A DNA stretch of 64,000 nt from Eledone cirrhosa (Eukaryota): the NCBI GenBank assembly GCA_964016885.1, contig OZ024741.1, positions 237,956,001 through 238,020,000 of the forward strand, given 5' to 3'. The translations under genes were made by a program, and so were the position numbers. Below are positions 1 through 12,900 of the stretch, piece after piece; the first letter of the stretch is position 1, and every line of letters starts with the position of its first letter. Under the pieces are notes generated by a model. The model was given only the letters and a program-made list of their open reading frames with translations, was not told the DNA's origin and did no database searches.

Positions 1-3000
1 TGGTAGTATCTGTGGTGTAGTGGTATATGTGGTAGTGCCTGTGGTGTAGTGGTATATGTGGTAGTATCTGTGGTGTAGTGGTATATGTGGTAGTATCTGT
101 GGTGTAGTGGTATATGTGGTAGTGTCTGTGGTATAGTGGTATATGTGGTAGTATCTGTGGTGTAGTGGTATATGTGGTAGTATCTGTGGTGTAGTGGCAT
201 ATGTAGTAGTGTCTGTGGTGTAGTGGTATATGTGGTAGTGTCTGTGGTGTAGTGGTATATGTGATAGTGTCTGTGGTGTAGTGGTATATGTGGTAGTATC
301 TGTAGTGTAGTGGTATATGTGGTAGTGTCTGTGGTGTAGTGGTATATGTGGTAGTATCTGTGGTGTAGTGGTATATCTGGTAGTATCTGTGGTGTAGTGG
401 TATATGTGGTAGTATCTGTGGTGTAGTGGTATATGTGGTAGTGTCTGTGGTGTAGTGGTATATGTGGTAGTGTCTGTGGTCTATTGGTATATGTGGTAGT
501 GTCTGTGGTGTAGTGGTATATGTGGTAGTGTCTGTGGTGTAGTAGTATATGTGGTAGTATATATAGTGTAGTGGTATATGTGGTAGTGTCTGTGGTGTAG
601 TGGTATATGTGGTAGTGTCTGTGGTGTAGTGGTATATGTGGTAGTATCTGTAGTGTAGTGGTATATGTGGTAGTGTCTGTGGTGTAGTGGTATATGTGGT
701 AGTGTCTGTGGTGTAGTGGTATATGTGGTAGTATCTGTAGTGTAGTGGTATATGTGGTAGTGTCTGTGGTATAGTGGTATATGTGGTAGTATCTGTGGTC
801 TAGTGGTATATGTGGTAGTACCTGTGGTGTAGTGGTATATGTGGTAGTACCTGTGGTGTAGTGGTATATGTGGTAGTGTCTGTGGTGTAGTGGTATATGT
901 GGTAGTATCTGTAGTGTAGTGGTATATGTGGTAGTGTCTGTGGTGTAGTGGTATATGTGGTAGTATCTGTAGTGTAGTGGTATATGTGGTAGTGTCTATG
1001 GTGTAGTGGTATATGTGATAGTGTCTGTGGTGTAGTGGTATATGTGGTAGTATCTGTAGTGTAGTGGTATATGTGGTAGTGTCTCTGGTGTAGTGGTATG
1101 TGTGGTAGTGTCTGTGGTGTAGTGGTATATGTGGTAGTATCTGTAGTGTAGTGGTATATGTGGTAGTATCTGTGGTCCATTGGTATATGTGGTAGTGTCT
1201 GTGGTGTAGTGGTATATGTGGTAGTGTCTGTGGTGTAGTGGTATACGTGGTAGTATCTGTAGTGTAGTGGTATATGTGGTAGTGTCTGTGGTGTAGTGGT
1301 ATATGTGATAGTGTCTGTGGTGTAGTGGTATATGTGGTAGTATCTGTAGTGTAGTGATATATGTGGTAGTGTCTGTGGTGTAGTGGTATATGTGGTAGTG
1401 TCTGTGGTGTAGTGGTATATGTGGTAGTATCTGTAGTGTAGTGGTATATGTGGTAGTGTCTGTGGTGTAGTGGTATATGTGGTAGTATCTGTGGTCTAAT
1501 GGTATATGTGGTAGTACCTGTGTTGTAGTGGTATATGTGGTAATATCTGTGGTGTAGTGGTATATCTGATAGTATCTGTAGTGTAGTGGTATATGTGGTA
1601 GTGTCTGTGGTGTAGTGGTATATGTGGTAGTATCTGTGGTGTAGTGGTATATCTGGTAGTATCTGTGGTGTAGTGGTATATGTGGTAGTATATGTGGACT
1701 ATTGGTATATGTGGTAGTGTCTGTGGTGTAGTGGTATATGTGGTAGTGTCTGTGGTGTAGTGGTATATGTGGTAGTATCTGTAGTGTAGTGGTATATGTG
1801 GTAGTGTCTGTGGTGTAGTGGTATATGTGGTAGTATCTGTAGTGTAGTGGTATATGTGGTAGTGTCTGTGGTGTAGTGGTATATGTGGTAGTATCTGTGG
1901 TCTAGTGGTATATGTGGTAGTACCTGTGGTGTAGTGGTATATGTGGTAGTATCTGTGGTGTAGTGGTATATGTGGTAGTGTCTGTGGTGTAGTGGTATAT
2001 GTGGTAGTATCTGTAGTGTAGTGGTATATATGGTAGTGTCTGTGGTGTAGTGGTATATGTGGTAGTATCTGGGGTCTAGTGGTATATGTGGTAGTACCTG
2101 TGGTGTAGTGGTATATGTGGTAGTATCTGTGGTGTAGTGGTATATGTGGTAGTGTCTGTGGTGTAGTGGTATATGTGGCAGTATCTGTAGTGTAGTGGTA
2201 TATGTGGTAGTGTCTCTGGTGTAGTGGTATATGTGGTAGTATCTGTGGTCTAGTGGTATATGTGGTAGTATCTGTGGTGTAGTGGTATATGTGGTAGTGT
2301 CTGTGGTGTAGTGGTATATGTGGTAGTATCTGTGGTGTAGTGGTATATGTGGTAGTGTCTGTGGTGTAGTGGTATATGTGGTAGTATCTGTGGTGTAGTG
2401 GTATATGTGGTAGTATCTGTGGTGTAGTGGTATATGTGGTAGTATCTGTGGTGTAGTGGTATATGTGGTAGTGTCTGTGGTGTAGTGGTATATGTGCTAG
2501 TATCTGTGGTGTAGTGGTATATGTGGTAGTATCTGTGGTGTAGTGGTATATGTGGTAGTGTCTGTGGTGTAGTGGTATATGTGGTAGTATCTGTGGTGTA
2601 GTGGTATATGTGGTAGTATCTGTGGTGTAGTGGCATATGTAGTAGTGTCTGTGGTGTAGTGGTATATGTAGTAGTGTCTGTGGTGTTGTGGTATATGTGG
2701 TAGTGTCTGTGGTGTAGTGGTATATGTGGTAGTGTCTGTGGGCTATTGGTATATGTGGTAGTGTCTGTGGTGTAGTAGTATATGTGATAGTATCTGTAGT
2801 GTAGTGGTATATGTGGTAGTGTCTGTGGTGTAGTGGTATATGTGGTAGTGTCTGTGGTGTAGTGGTATATGTGGTAGTATCTGTAGTGTAGTGGTATATG
2901 TGGTAGTGTCTGTGGTGTAGTGGTATATGTGGTAGTGTCTGTGGTGTAGTGGTATATGTGGTAGTATCTGTAGTGTAGTGGTATATGTGGTAGTGTCTGT

Positions 3001-6000
3001 GGTATAGTGGTATATGTGGTAGTATCTGTGGTCTAGTGGTATATGTGGTAGTACCTGTGGTGTAGTGGTATATGTGGTAGTATCTGTGGTGTAGTGGTAT
3101 ATGTGGTAGTGTCTGTGGTGTAGTGGTATATGTGGTAGTATCTGTAGTGTAGTGGTATATGTGGTAGTGTCTGTGGTGTAGTGGTATATGTGGTAGTATC
3201 TGTAGTGTAGTGGTCTATGTGGTAGTGTCTGTGGTGTAGTGGTATATGTGATAGTGTCTGTGGTGTAGTGGTATATGTGGTAGTATCTGTAGTGTAGTGG
3301 TATATGTGGTAGTGTCTGTGGTGTAGTGGTATGTGTGGTAGTGTCTGTGGTGTAGTGGTATATGTGGTAGTATCTGTAGTGTAGTGGTATATGTGGTAGT
3401 GTCTGTGGTGTAGTGGTATATGTGGTAGTATCTGTAGTGTAGTGGTATATGTGGTAGTATATGTGGTCTATTGGTATATGTGGTAGTGTCTGTGGTGTAG
3501 TGGTATATGTGGTAGTGTCTGTGGTGTAGTGGTATATGTGGTAGTATCTGTAGTGTAGTGGTATATGTGGTAGTGTCTGTGGTGTAGTGGTATATGTGGT
3601 AGTGTCTGTGGTGTAGTGGTATATGTGGTAGTATCTGTAGTGTAGTGGTATATGTGGTAGTGTCTGTGGTGTAGTGGTATATGTGGTAGTGTCTGTGGTG
3701 TAGTGGTATATGTGGTAGTATCTGTAGTGTAGTGGTATATGTGGTAGTGTCTGTGGTGTAGTGGTATATGTGGTAGTATCTGTGGTGTAGTGGTATATGT
3801 GGTAGTACCTGTGGTGTAGTGGTATATGTGGTAGTATCTGTGGTGTAGTGGTATATGTGGTAGTATCTGTAGTGTAGTGGTATATGTGGTAGTGTCTGTG
3901 GTGTAGTGGTATATGTGGTAGTACCTGTGGTCTAGTGGTATATCTGGTAGTACCTGTGGTGTAGTGGTATATGTGGTAGTATCTGTGGTGTAGTGGTATA
4001 TGTGGTAGTGTCTGTGGTGTAGTGGTATATGTGGCAGTATCTGTATTGTAGTGGTATATGTGGTAGTGTCTGTGGTGTAGTGGTATATGTGGTAGTATCT
4101 GTGGTCTAGTGGTATATGTGGTAGTATCTGTGGTGTAGTGGTATATGTGGTAGTGTCTGTGGTGTAGTGGTATATGTGGTAGTATCTGTGGTGTAGTGGT
4201 ATATGTGGTAGTGTCTGTGGTGTAGTGGTATATGTGGTAGTATCTGTGGTGTAGTGGTATATGTGGTAGTATCTGTGGTGTAGTGGTATATGTGGTAGTA
4301 TCTGTGGTGTAGTGGTATATGTGGTAGTATCTGTGGTGTAGTGGTATATGGGGTAGTGCCTGTGGTGTAGTGGTATATGTGGTAGTATCTGTGGTGTAGT
4401 GGTATATGTGGTAGTATCTGTGGTGTAGTGGTATATGTGGTAGTGTCTGTGGTGTAGTGGTATATGTGGTAGTATCTGTGGTGTAGTGGTATATGTGGTA
4501 GTATCTGTGGTGTAGTGGCATATGTAGTAGTGTCTGTGGTGTAGTGGTATATGTGGTAGTGACTGTGGTGTAGTGGTATATGTGGTAGTGTCTGTGGTGT
4601 AGTGGTATGTGTGGTAGTATCTGTGGTGTAGTGGTATATGTGGTAGTATCTGTAGTGTAGTGGTATATGTGGTAGTGTCTGTGGTGTAGTGGTATATGTG
4701 GTAGTGTCTGTGGGGTAGTGGTATATGTGGTAGTGTCTGTGGTGTAGTGGTATATGTGGTAGTATCTGTGGTGTAGTGGTATATGTGGTAGTGTCTGTGG
4801 TGTAGTGGTATATGTGGTCGTGTGTGTGGTGTAGTGGTATATGTGGTAGTATCTGTGGTGTAGTGGTATATGTGGTAGTATCTGTGGTGTAGTGGTATAT
4901 GTGGTAGTGTCTGTGGTGTAGTGGTATATGTGGTAGTGTCTGTGGTGTAGTGGTATATGTGGTAGTATCTGTGGTGTAGTGGTATATGTGGTAGCGTCTG
5001 TGTTGTAGTGGTATATGTGGTCGTGTGTGTGGTGTAGTGGTATATGTGGTCGTGTGTGTGGTGTAGTGGTATATGTGGTTAGTGTCTGTCGTGTAGTGGT
5101 ATATGTGGTAGTGTCTGTGGTGTAGTGGTATATGTGATAGTGTCTGTGGTGTAGTGGTATATGTGGTAGTGTCTGTAGTGTAGTGGTATATGTGATGGTG
5201 TCTGTGGTGTAGTGGTATATGTGATAGTGTCTGTGGTGTAGTGGTATATGTGATAGTGTCTGTGGTGTAGTGGTATATGTGATAGTGTCTGTGGTGTAGT
5301 GGTATATGTGGTAGTATCTGTAGTGTAGTGGTATATGTGGTAGTATCTGTAGTGTAGTGGTATATGTGGTAGTGTCTGTGGTGTAGTGGTATATGTGGTA
5401 GTATCTGTGGTGTAGTGGTATATGTGGTCGTGTGTGTGGTGTAGTGGTATATGTGGTAGTATCTGTAGTGTAGTGGTATATGTGGTAGTGTCTGTGGTGT
5501 AGTGGTATATGTGGTAGTATCTGTGGTGTAGTGGTATATGTGGTCGTGTGTGAGGTGTAGTGGTATATGTGGTAGTGTCTGTGGTGTAGTGGTATATGTG
5601 GTAGTGTCTGTGGTGTAGTGGTATATGTGGTAGTATCTGTCGTGTAGTGGTATATGTGGTAGTGTCTGTGGTGTAGTGGTATATGTGGTAGTGTCTGTGG
5701 TGTAGTGGTATATGTGGTAGTATCTGTAGTGTAGTGGTATATGTGGTAGTGTCTGTGGTGTAGTGGTATATGTGGTAGTATCTGTGGTCTAGTGGTATAT
5801 GTGGTACTACCTGTGGTGTAGTGGTATATGTGGTAGTATCTGTGGTGTAGTGGTATATGTGGTAGTGTCTGTGGTGTAGTGGTATATGTGGTAGTATCTG
5901 TAGTGTAGTGGTATATGTGGTAGTGTCTGTGGTGTAGTGGTATATGTGGTAGTATCTGTGGTCTAGTGGTATATGTGGTAGTACCTGTGGTGTAGTGGTA

Positions 6001-8672
6001 TATGTGGTAGTATCTGTGGTGTAGTGGTATATGTGGTAGTGTCTGTGGTGTAGTGGTATATGTGGCAGTATCTGTAGTGTAGTGGTATATGTGGTAGTGT
6101 CTGTGGTGTAGTGGTATATGTGGTAGTATCTGTGGTCTAGTGGTATATGTGGTAGTATCTGTGGTGTATTGGTATATGTGGTAGTGTCTGTGGTGTAGTG
6201 GTATATGTGGTAGTATCTGTGGTGTAGTGGTATATGTGGTAGTGTCTGTGGAGTAGTGGTATATGTGGTAGTGTCTGTGGTGTATTGGTATATGTGGTAG
6301 TGTCTGTGGTGTAGTGGTATATGTGGTAGTATCTGTGGTGTAGTGGTATATGTGGTAGTGTCTGTGGTGTAGTGGTATATGTGGTAGTGTCTGTGGTGTA
6401 TTGGTATATGTGGTAGTGTCTGTGGTGTAGTGGTATATGTGGTAGTATCTGTGGTGTAGTGGTATATGTGGTAGTGTCTGTGGTGTAGTGGTATATGTGG
6501 TAGTATCTGTGCTGTATTGGTATATGTGGTAGTATCTGTGGTGTAGTGGTATATGTGGTAGTATCTGTGGTGTAGTGGTATATGTGGTAGTGTCTGTGGT
6601 GTAGTGGCATATGTGGTAGTATCTGTGGTGTAGTGGTATATGTGGTAGTGTCTGTGGTGTAGTGGTATATGTGGTAGTATCTGTGGTGTAGTGGTATATG
6701 TGGTAGTATCTGTGGTGTAGTGGCATATGTAGTAGTGTCTGTGGTCTAGTGGTATATGTGGTAGTGTCTGTGGTGTAGTGGTATATGTAGTAGTGTCTGT
6801 GGTGTAGTGGTATATGTGGTAGTATCTGTGGTGTAGTGCTATATTTGGTAGTATCTGTAGTGTAGTGGTATATATGGTAGTATCTGTGGTGTAGTGGTAT
6901 ATGTGGTAGTGTCTGTGGTGTAGTGGTATATGTGGTAGTATCTGTGGTGTATTGGTATATGTGGTAGTGTCTGTGGTGTAGTGGTATATGTGGTCGTGTG
7001 TGTGTGGTGTAGTGGTATATGTGGTAGTATCTGTGGTGTAGTGGTATATGTGGTAGTATCTGTGGTGTAGTGGTATATGTGGTAGTGTCTGTGGTGTAGT
7101 GGTATATGTGGTAGTGTCTGTGGTGTAGTGGTATATGTGGTAGTATCTGTGGTGTAGTGTTATATGTGGTAGCGTCTGTGGTGTAGTGGTATATGTGGTC
7201 GTGTGTGTGGTGTAGTGGTATATGTGGTAGTGTCTGTGGTGTAGTGGTATATGTGGTAGTGTCTGTGGTGTAGTGGTATATGTGATAGTGTCTGTGGTGT
7301 AGTGGTATATGTGGTAGTGTCTGTAGTGTAGTGGTATATGTGATAGTGTCTGTGGTGTAGTGGTATATGTGATAGTGTCTGTGGTGTAGTGGTATATGTG
7401 ATCGTGTCTGTGGTGTAGTGGTATATGTGATAGTGTCTGTGGTGTAGTGGTATATGTGGTAGTATCTGTAGTGTAGTGGTATATGTGGTAGTATCTGTAG
7501 TGTAGTGGTATATGTGGTAGTGTCTGTGGTGTAGTGGTATATGTGGTAGTATCTGTGGTGTAGTGGTATATGTGGTCGTGTGTGTGGTGTAGTGGTATAT
7601 GTGGTAGTATCTGAAGTGTAGTGGTATATGTGGTAGTGTAGTGGTATATGTGGTAGTGTCTGTGGTGTAGTGGTATATGTGGTAGTATCTGTGGTGTAGT
7701 GGTATATGTGGTCGTGTGTGAGGTGTAGTGGTATATGTGGTAGTATCTGTAGTGTAGTGGTATATGTGGTAGTGTCTGTGGTGTAGTGGTATATGTGGTA
7801 GTATCTGTGGTGTAGTGGTATATGTGGTAGTGTCTGTGGTGTAGTGGTATATGTGGTAGTGTCTGTGGTGTAGTGGTATATGTGGTAGTATCTGTGGTGT
7901 AGTGGTATATGTGGTAGTATCTGTGGTGTAGTGGTATATGTGGTCGTGTGTGAGGTGTAGTGGTATATGTGGTAGTATCTGTAGTGTAGTGGTATATGTG
8001 GTAGTGTCTGTGGTGTAGTGGTATATGTGGTAGTATCTGTGGTGTAGTGGTATATGTGGTAGTGTCTGTGGTGTAGTGGTATATGTGGTAGTATCTGTGG
8101 TGTAGTGGTATATGTGGTAGTATCTGTGGTGTAGTGGTATATGTGGTAGTATCTGTGGTGTAGTGGTATATGTGGTAGTACCTGTGGTGTAGTGGTATAT
8201 GTGGTAGTATCTGTGGTGTAGTGGTATATGTGGTAGTACCTGTGGTGTAGTGGTATATGTGGTAGTACCTGTGGTGTAGTGGTATATGTGGTAGTATCTG
8301 TGGTGTAGTGGTATATGTGGTAGTATCTGTGGTGTAGTGGTATATGTGGTAGTATCTGTGGTGTAGTGGTATATGTGGTAGTACCTGTGGTGTAGTGGTA
8401 TATGTGGTAGTATCTGTGGTGTAGTGGTATATGTGGTAGTATCTGTGGTGTAGTGGTATATGTGGTAGTATCTGTGGTGTAGTGGTATATGTGGTAGTAT
8501 CTGTGGTGTAGTGGTATATGTGGTAGTACCTGTGGTGTAGTGGTATATGTGGTAGTACCTGTGGTGTAGTGGTATATGTGGTAGTATCTGTGGTGTAGTG
8601 GTATATGTGGTAGTATCTGTGGTGTAGTGGTATATGTGGTAGTATCTGTGGTGTAGTGGTATATGTGGTAGT
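1..8672. repeat. 29-bp minisatellite, consensus TGGTAGT(A/G)TCTGTGGTGTAGTGGTATATG, about 300 copies, truncated by the window start
   Basis: The unit restarts at positions 1, 30, 59 and so on. The minus-strand ORFs have a 29-aa period (3 units = 87 nt), as expected for a 29-nt repeat. Confidence 0.98.
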
Positions 8673-8756
8673 GTGTGATAAGAGAGAGAATAGACCAGGA
8701 AATACAGGAAGATATTTTACAGAATTTCTTTACCACTTATTCTTTTGTACTTTCCT

Positions 8757-8759
<3 letters not shown>

Positions 8760-8792
<33 letters not shown>

Positions 8793-8841
8793 TCTCTCTT
8801 TCTCTCTTCATTTCTCTCCTTCCACCTATCCTTCTCTCTCT

Positions 8842-8909
<68 letters not shown>

Positions 8910-8979
8910 GTCTTCATTTCTCTCCTTCCACCTATCCTTCTCTCTCTCTCTCTCTCTTCATTTCTCTCCTTCCACCTAT

Positions 8980-9022
<43 letters not shown>

Positions 9023-9153
9023 TCTCTTTTCATTTCTCTTCTTCCACCTGTCCTCCTCTCTCTCTTTCTCTTTTCATTTCTCTCCTTCCACCTATCCTTC
9101 TCTCTCTCTCTCTATCTCTCTCTCCCTGTCTTCATTTCTCTCCTTCCACCTAT

Positions 9154-9189
<36 letters not shown>

Positions 9190-9319
9190 ATTTCTCTCCT
9201 TCCACCTATCCTTCTCTCTCTCTCTCTCTCTCTCTCTCTTCATTTCTCTCTTTCCACCTATCCTTCTCTCTCTCTCTCCCTCTCTCTCTTTCTCTCTTCA
9301 TTTCTCTCCTTCCACCTAT

Positions 9320-9377
<58 letters not shown>

Positions 9378-9885
9378 GTCTTCATTTCTCTCCTTCCACC
9401 TTTCCTTGTCTTTCTCTCTCTCTTTCTCTCTTCATTTCTCTCCTCCCACCTTTCCTTCTCTCTCTCTCTCTCCTTCCACCTCCCCCCTCTCTCTTCATTT
9501 CTCTCCTTCCACCTTTCCTTCACTCTCTCTCTCCCTCTCTTCATTTCTCTCCTTCCACCTTTCATTCTCTCTCTCTCTCCCTCTCTTCATTTCTCTCCTT
9601 CTACCTTTCCTTTTCTCTCTTTCTCCCGTCTTTTCCTCCTACCCCTTCTCTCCCTCTATCCTTTCTTCCGCCTTTCTCTCTTTTTTCTCTTCCTCATCCT
9701 ATCTCTCTCTTCGTTTCTCCCCTCCCTTTCCCCCTCTCTCCGTATCTTTCCCTCTCTCTCTCCCTCCCCTTTTCTCTCTCACCTTCCTCTTTCTAACTTC
9801 ATCCCTTTCCTTTGTTCCTCCTTTCTTTCTCTCTTCTCCCTCACTTTTAACCTTACCCTCTCTTTCTCCTCTCTTGTTTTCCCCC
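8760..9885. repeat. Polypyrimidine compound repeat: core CTTCATTTCTCTCCTTCCACCTATCC separated by variable (TC)n, decaying into a CT-rich tract
   Basis: The core recurs from about 8806 to 9605 with (TC)n spacers of varying length. Purines are nearly absent up to about 9885. Confidence 0.95.
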
Positions 9886-9908
9886 TGCAACATTAAATTA
9901 ACATTAGA

Positions 9909-12900
9909 TGTGGTTGTTGTTGATGGTGGTGTTGGTGGTGTTGGTGGTGTTGGTGGTGTTGGTGTTGGTGGTGTTGGTAGTGTTGGTGGTGTTGGTGGTG
10001 TTGGTGTTGGTGGTGTTGGTGCTGTTGGTAGTGTTGGTGGTGATGGTGGTGTTGGTGTTGGTGGTGTTCGTGGTGTTCGTGGTGGTGTTGGTAGTGTTGT
10101 TGTTGTTGGTGGTGCTGGTGGTATTGATGTTGTTGGTGCTGGTGGTATTGGTGTTGTTGGTGGTGTTGGTGGTATTGGTGTTGTTGGTGCTGGTGGTATT
10201 GGTGTTGTTGTTGGTGGTATTGGTGTTGTTGTTGGTGGTATTGGTGTTGTGTTGGTAGTATTGGTGTTGTTGGTGCTGGTGGTATTGATGTTGTTGGTGG
10301 TGTTGGTGGTATTGGTGTTGTTGGTGGTGTTGGTGGTATTGGTGTTGTTGGTGTTGGTGGTATTGGTGTTGTTGGTGGTGTTGGTGGTATTGGTGTTGTT
10401 GTTGGTGCTGGTGGTATTGGTGTTGTTGGTGGTGCTGGTGGTATTGGTGTTGTTGTTGGTACTGGTGTTGTTGGTGGTGCTGATGGTATTGGTGTTGTTG
10501 GTGGTGTTGGTGGTATTGGTGTTGTTGGTGCTGGTGGTATTGGTGTTGTTGGTGGTGTTGGTGGTATTGGTGTTGTTGTTGGTGTTGGTGGTATTGGTGT
10601 TGTTGATGGTGTTGGTGATATTGGTGTTGTTGGTGGTGTTGGTGGTATTGGTGTTGTTGGTATTGTTGGTGGTATTGGTGTTGTTGGTGGTGCTGGTGGT
10701 ATTGGTGTTGTTGGTGGTGTTGGTGGTATTGGTGTTGTTGTTGGTGTTGGTGGTATTGGTGTTGTTGATGGTGTTGGTGGTATTGGTGTTGTTGGTGGTG
10801 TTGGTGGTATTGGTGTTGTTGGTGGTGCTGGTGGTATTGGTGTTGTTGTTGGTGTTGGTGGTATTGGTGTTGTTGGTGCTGGTGGTATTGGTGTTGTTGG
10901 TGGTGTTGGTGGTATTGGTGTTGTTGGTGTTGTTGGTGGTATTGGTGTTGTTGGTGGTGCTGGTGGTATTGGTGTTGTTGGTGGTGTTGGTGGTATTGGT
11001 GTTGTTGGTGGTGTTGGTGGTATTGGTGTTGTTGGTGCTGGTGGTATTGGTGTTGTTGGTGGTGTTGGTGGTATTGGTGTTGTTGGTGGTGTTGGTGGTA
11101 TTGGTGTTGTTGGTGCTGGTGGTATTGGTGTTGTTGGTGGTGTTGGTGGTATTGGTGTTGTTGGTGGTGTTGGTGGTATTGGTGTTGTTGGTGGTGCTGG
11201 TGGTATTGGTGTTGTTGGTGGTGTTGGTGGTATTGGTGTTGTTGGTGTTGTTGGTGGTATTGGTGTTGTTGGTGGTGCTGGTGGTATTGGTGTTGTTGGT
11301 GGTGTTGGTGGTATTGGTGTTGTTGGTGGTGTTGGTGGTATTGGTGTTGTTGGTGCTGGTGGTATTGGTGTTGTTGGTGGTGTTGGTGGTATTGGTGTTG
11401 TTGGTGGTGTTGGTGGTATTGGTGTTGTTGGTGCTGGTGGTATTGGTGTTGTTGGTGGTGTTGGTGGTATTGGTGTTGTTGGTGGTGTTGGTGGTATTGG
11501 TGTTGTTGGTGGTGTTGGTGGTATTGGTGTTGTTGGTGGTGTTGCTGGTATTGGTGTTGTTGGTGGTGTTGGTGCTATTGGTGTTGTTGGTGGTGCTGGT
11601 GGTATTGGTGTTGTTGGTGGTGTTGGTGGTATTGGTGTTGTTGGTGGTGTTGCTGGTATTGGTGTTGTTGGTGGTGTTGGTGCTATTGGTGTTGTTGGTG
11701 GTGCTGGTGGTATTGGTGTTGTTGGTGGTGTTGGTGGTATTGGTGTTGTTGGTGTTGTTGGTGGTATTGGTGTTGTTGGTGGTGCTGGTGGTATTGGTGT
11801 TGTTGGTGGTGTTGGTGGTATTGGTGTTGTTGGTGGTGTTGGTGGTATTGGTGTTGTTGGTGCTGGTGGTATTGGTGTTGTTGGTGGTGTTGGTGGTATT
11901 GGTGTTGTTGGTGTTGTTGGTGGTATTGGTGTTGTTGGTGGTGCTGGTGGTATTGGTGTTTTGGTGGTGTTGGTGGTATTGGTGTTGTTGGTGGTGTTGG
12001 TGGTATTGGTGTTGTTGGTGGTGCTGGTGGTATTGGTGTTGTTGGTGGTGTTGGTGGTATTGGTGTTGTTGGTGCTGGTGGTATTGGTGTTGTTGGTGGT
12101 GCTGGTGGTATTGGTGTTGTTGGTGGTGTTGGTGGTATTGGTGTTGTTGGTGTTGTTGGTGGTATTGGTGTTGTTGGTGGTGCTGGTGGTATTGGTGTTG
12201 TTGGTGGTGTTGGTGGTATTGGTGTTGTTGGTGCTGGTGGTATTGGTGTTGTTGGTGGTGTTGGTGGTATTGGTGTTGTTGGTGGTGCTGGTGGTATTGG
12301 TGTTGTTGGTGGTGTTGGTGGTATTGGTGTTGTTGTTGGTGTTGGTGGTATTGGTGTTGATGGTGGTGTTGGTGGTATTGGTGTTGTTGGTGGTGTTGGT
12401 GGTATTGGTGTTGTTGGTGCTGGTGGTATTGGTGTTGTTGGTGTTGTTGGTGGTATTGGTGTTGTTGGTGGTGTTGGTGGTATTGGTGTTGTTGATGGTG
12501 TTGGTGGTATCGGTGTTGTTGGTGGTGTTGGTGGTATTGGTGTTGTTGGTGGTGTTGGTGGTATTGGTGTTGTTGGTGGTGCTGGTGGTATTGATGTTGT
12601 TGGTGCTGGTGGTATTGGTGTTGTTGGTGGTGTTGGTGGTATTGGTGTTGTTGGTGCTGGTGGTATTGGTGTTGTTGGTGGTGTTGGTGGTATTGGTGTT
12701 GTTGGTGTTGTTGGTGGTATTGGTGTTGTTGATGGTGTTGGTGGTATTGGTGTTGTTGGTGTTGTTGGTGGTATTGGTGTTGTTGGTGATGCTGGTGGTA
12801 TTGGTGTTGTTGGTGGTGTTGGTGGTATTGGTGTTGCTGATGGTGTTGGTGGTATTGGTGTTGTTGGTGGTGTTGGCGGTATTGGTGTTGTTGGTGGTGT

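Noticed and set aside
2743-8736. 1997-aa His/Thr/Tyr/Pro ORF and other minus-strand ORFs in the 29-bp array
   Set aside because: The unit length is not a multiple of 3, all three frames give the same peptide, and the strand lacks stops by composition.
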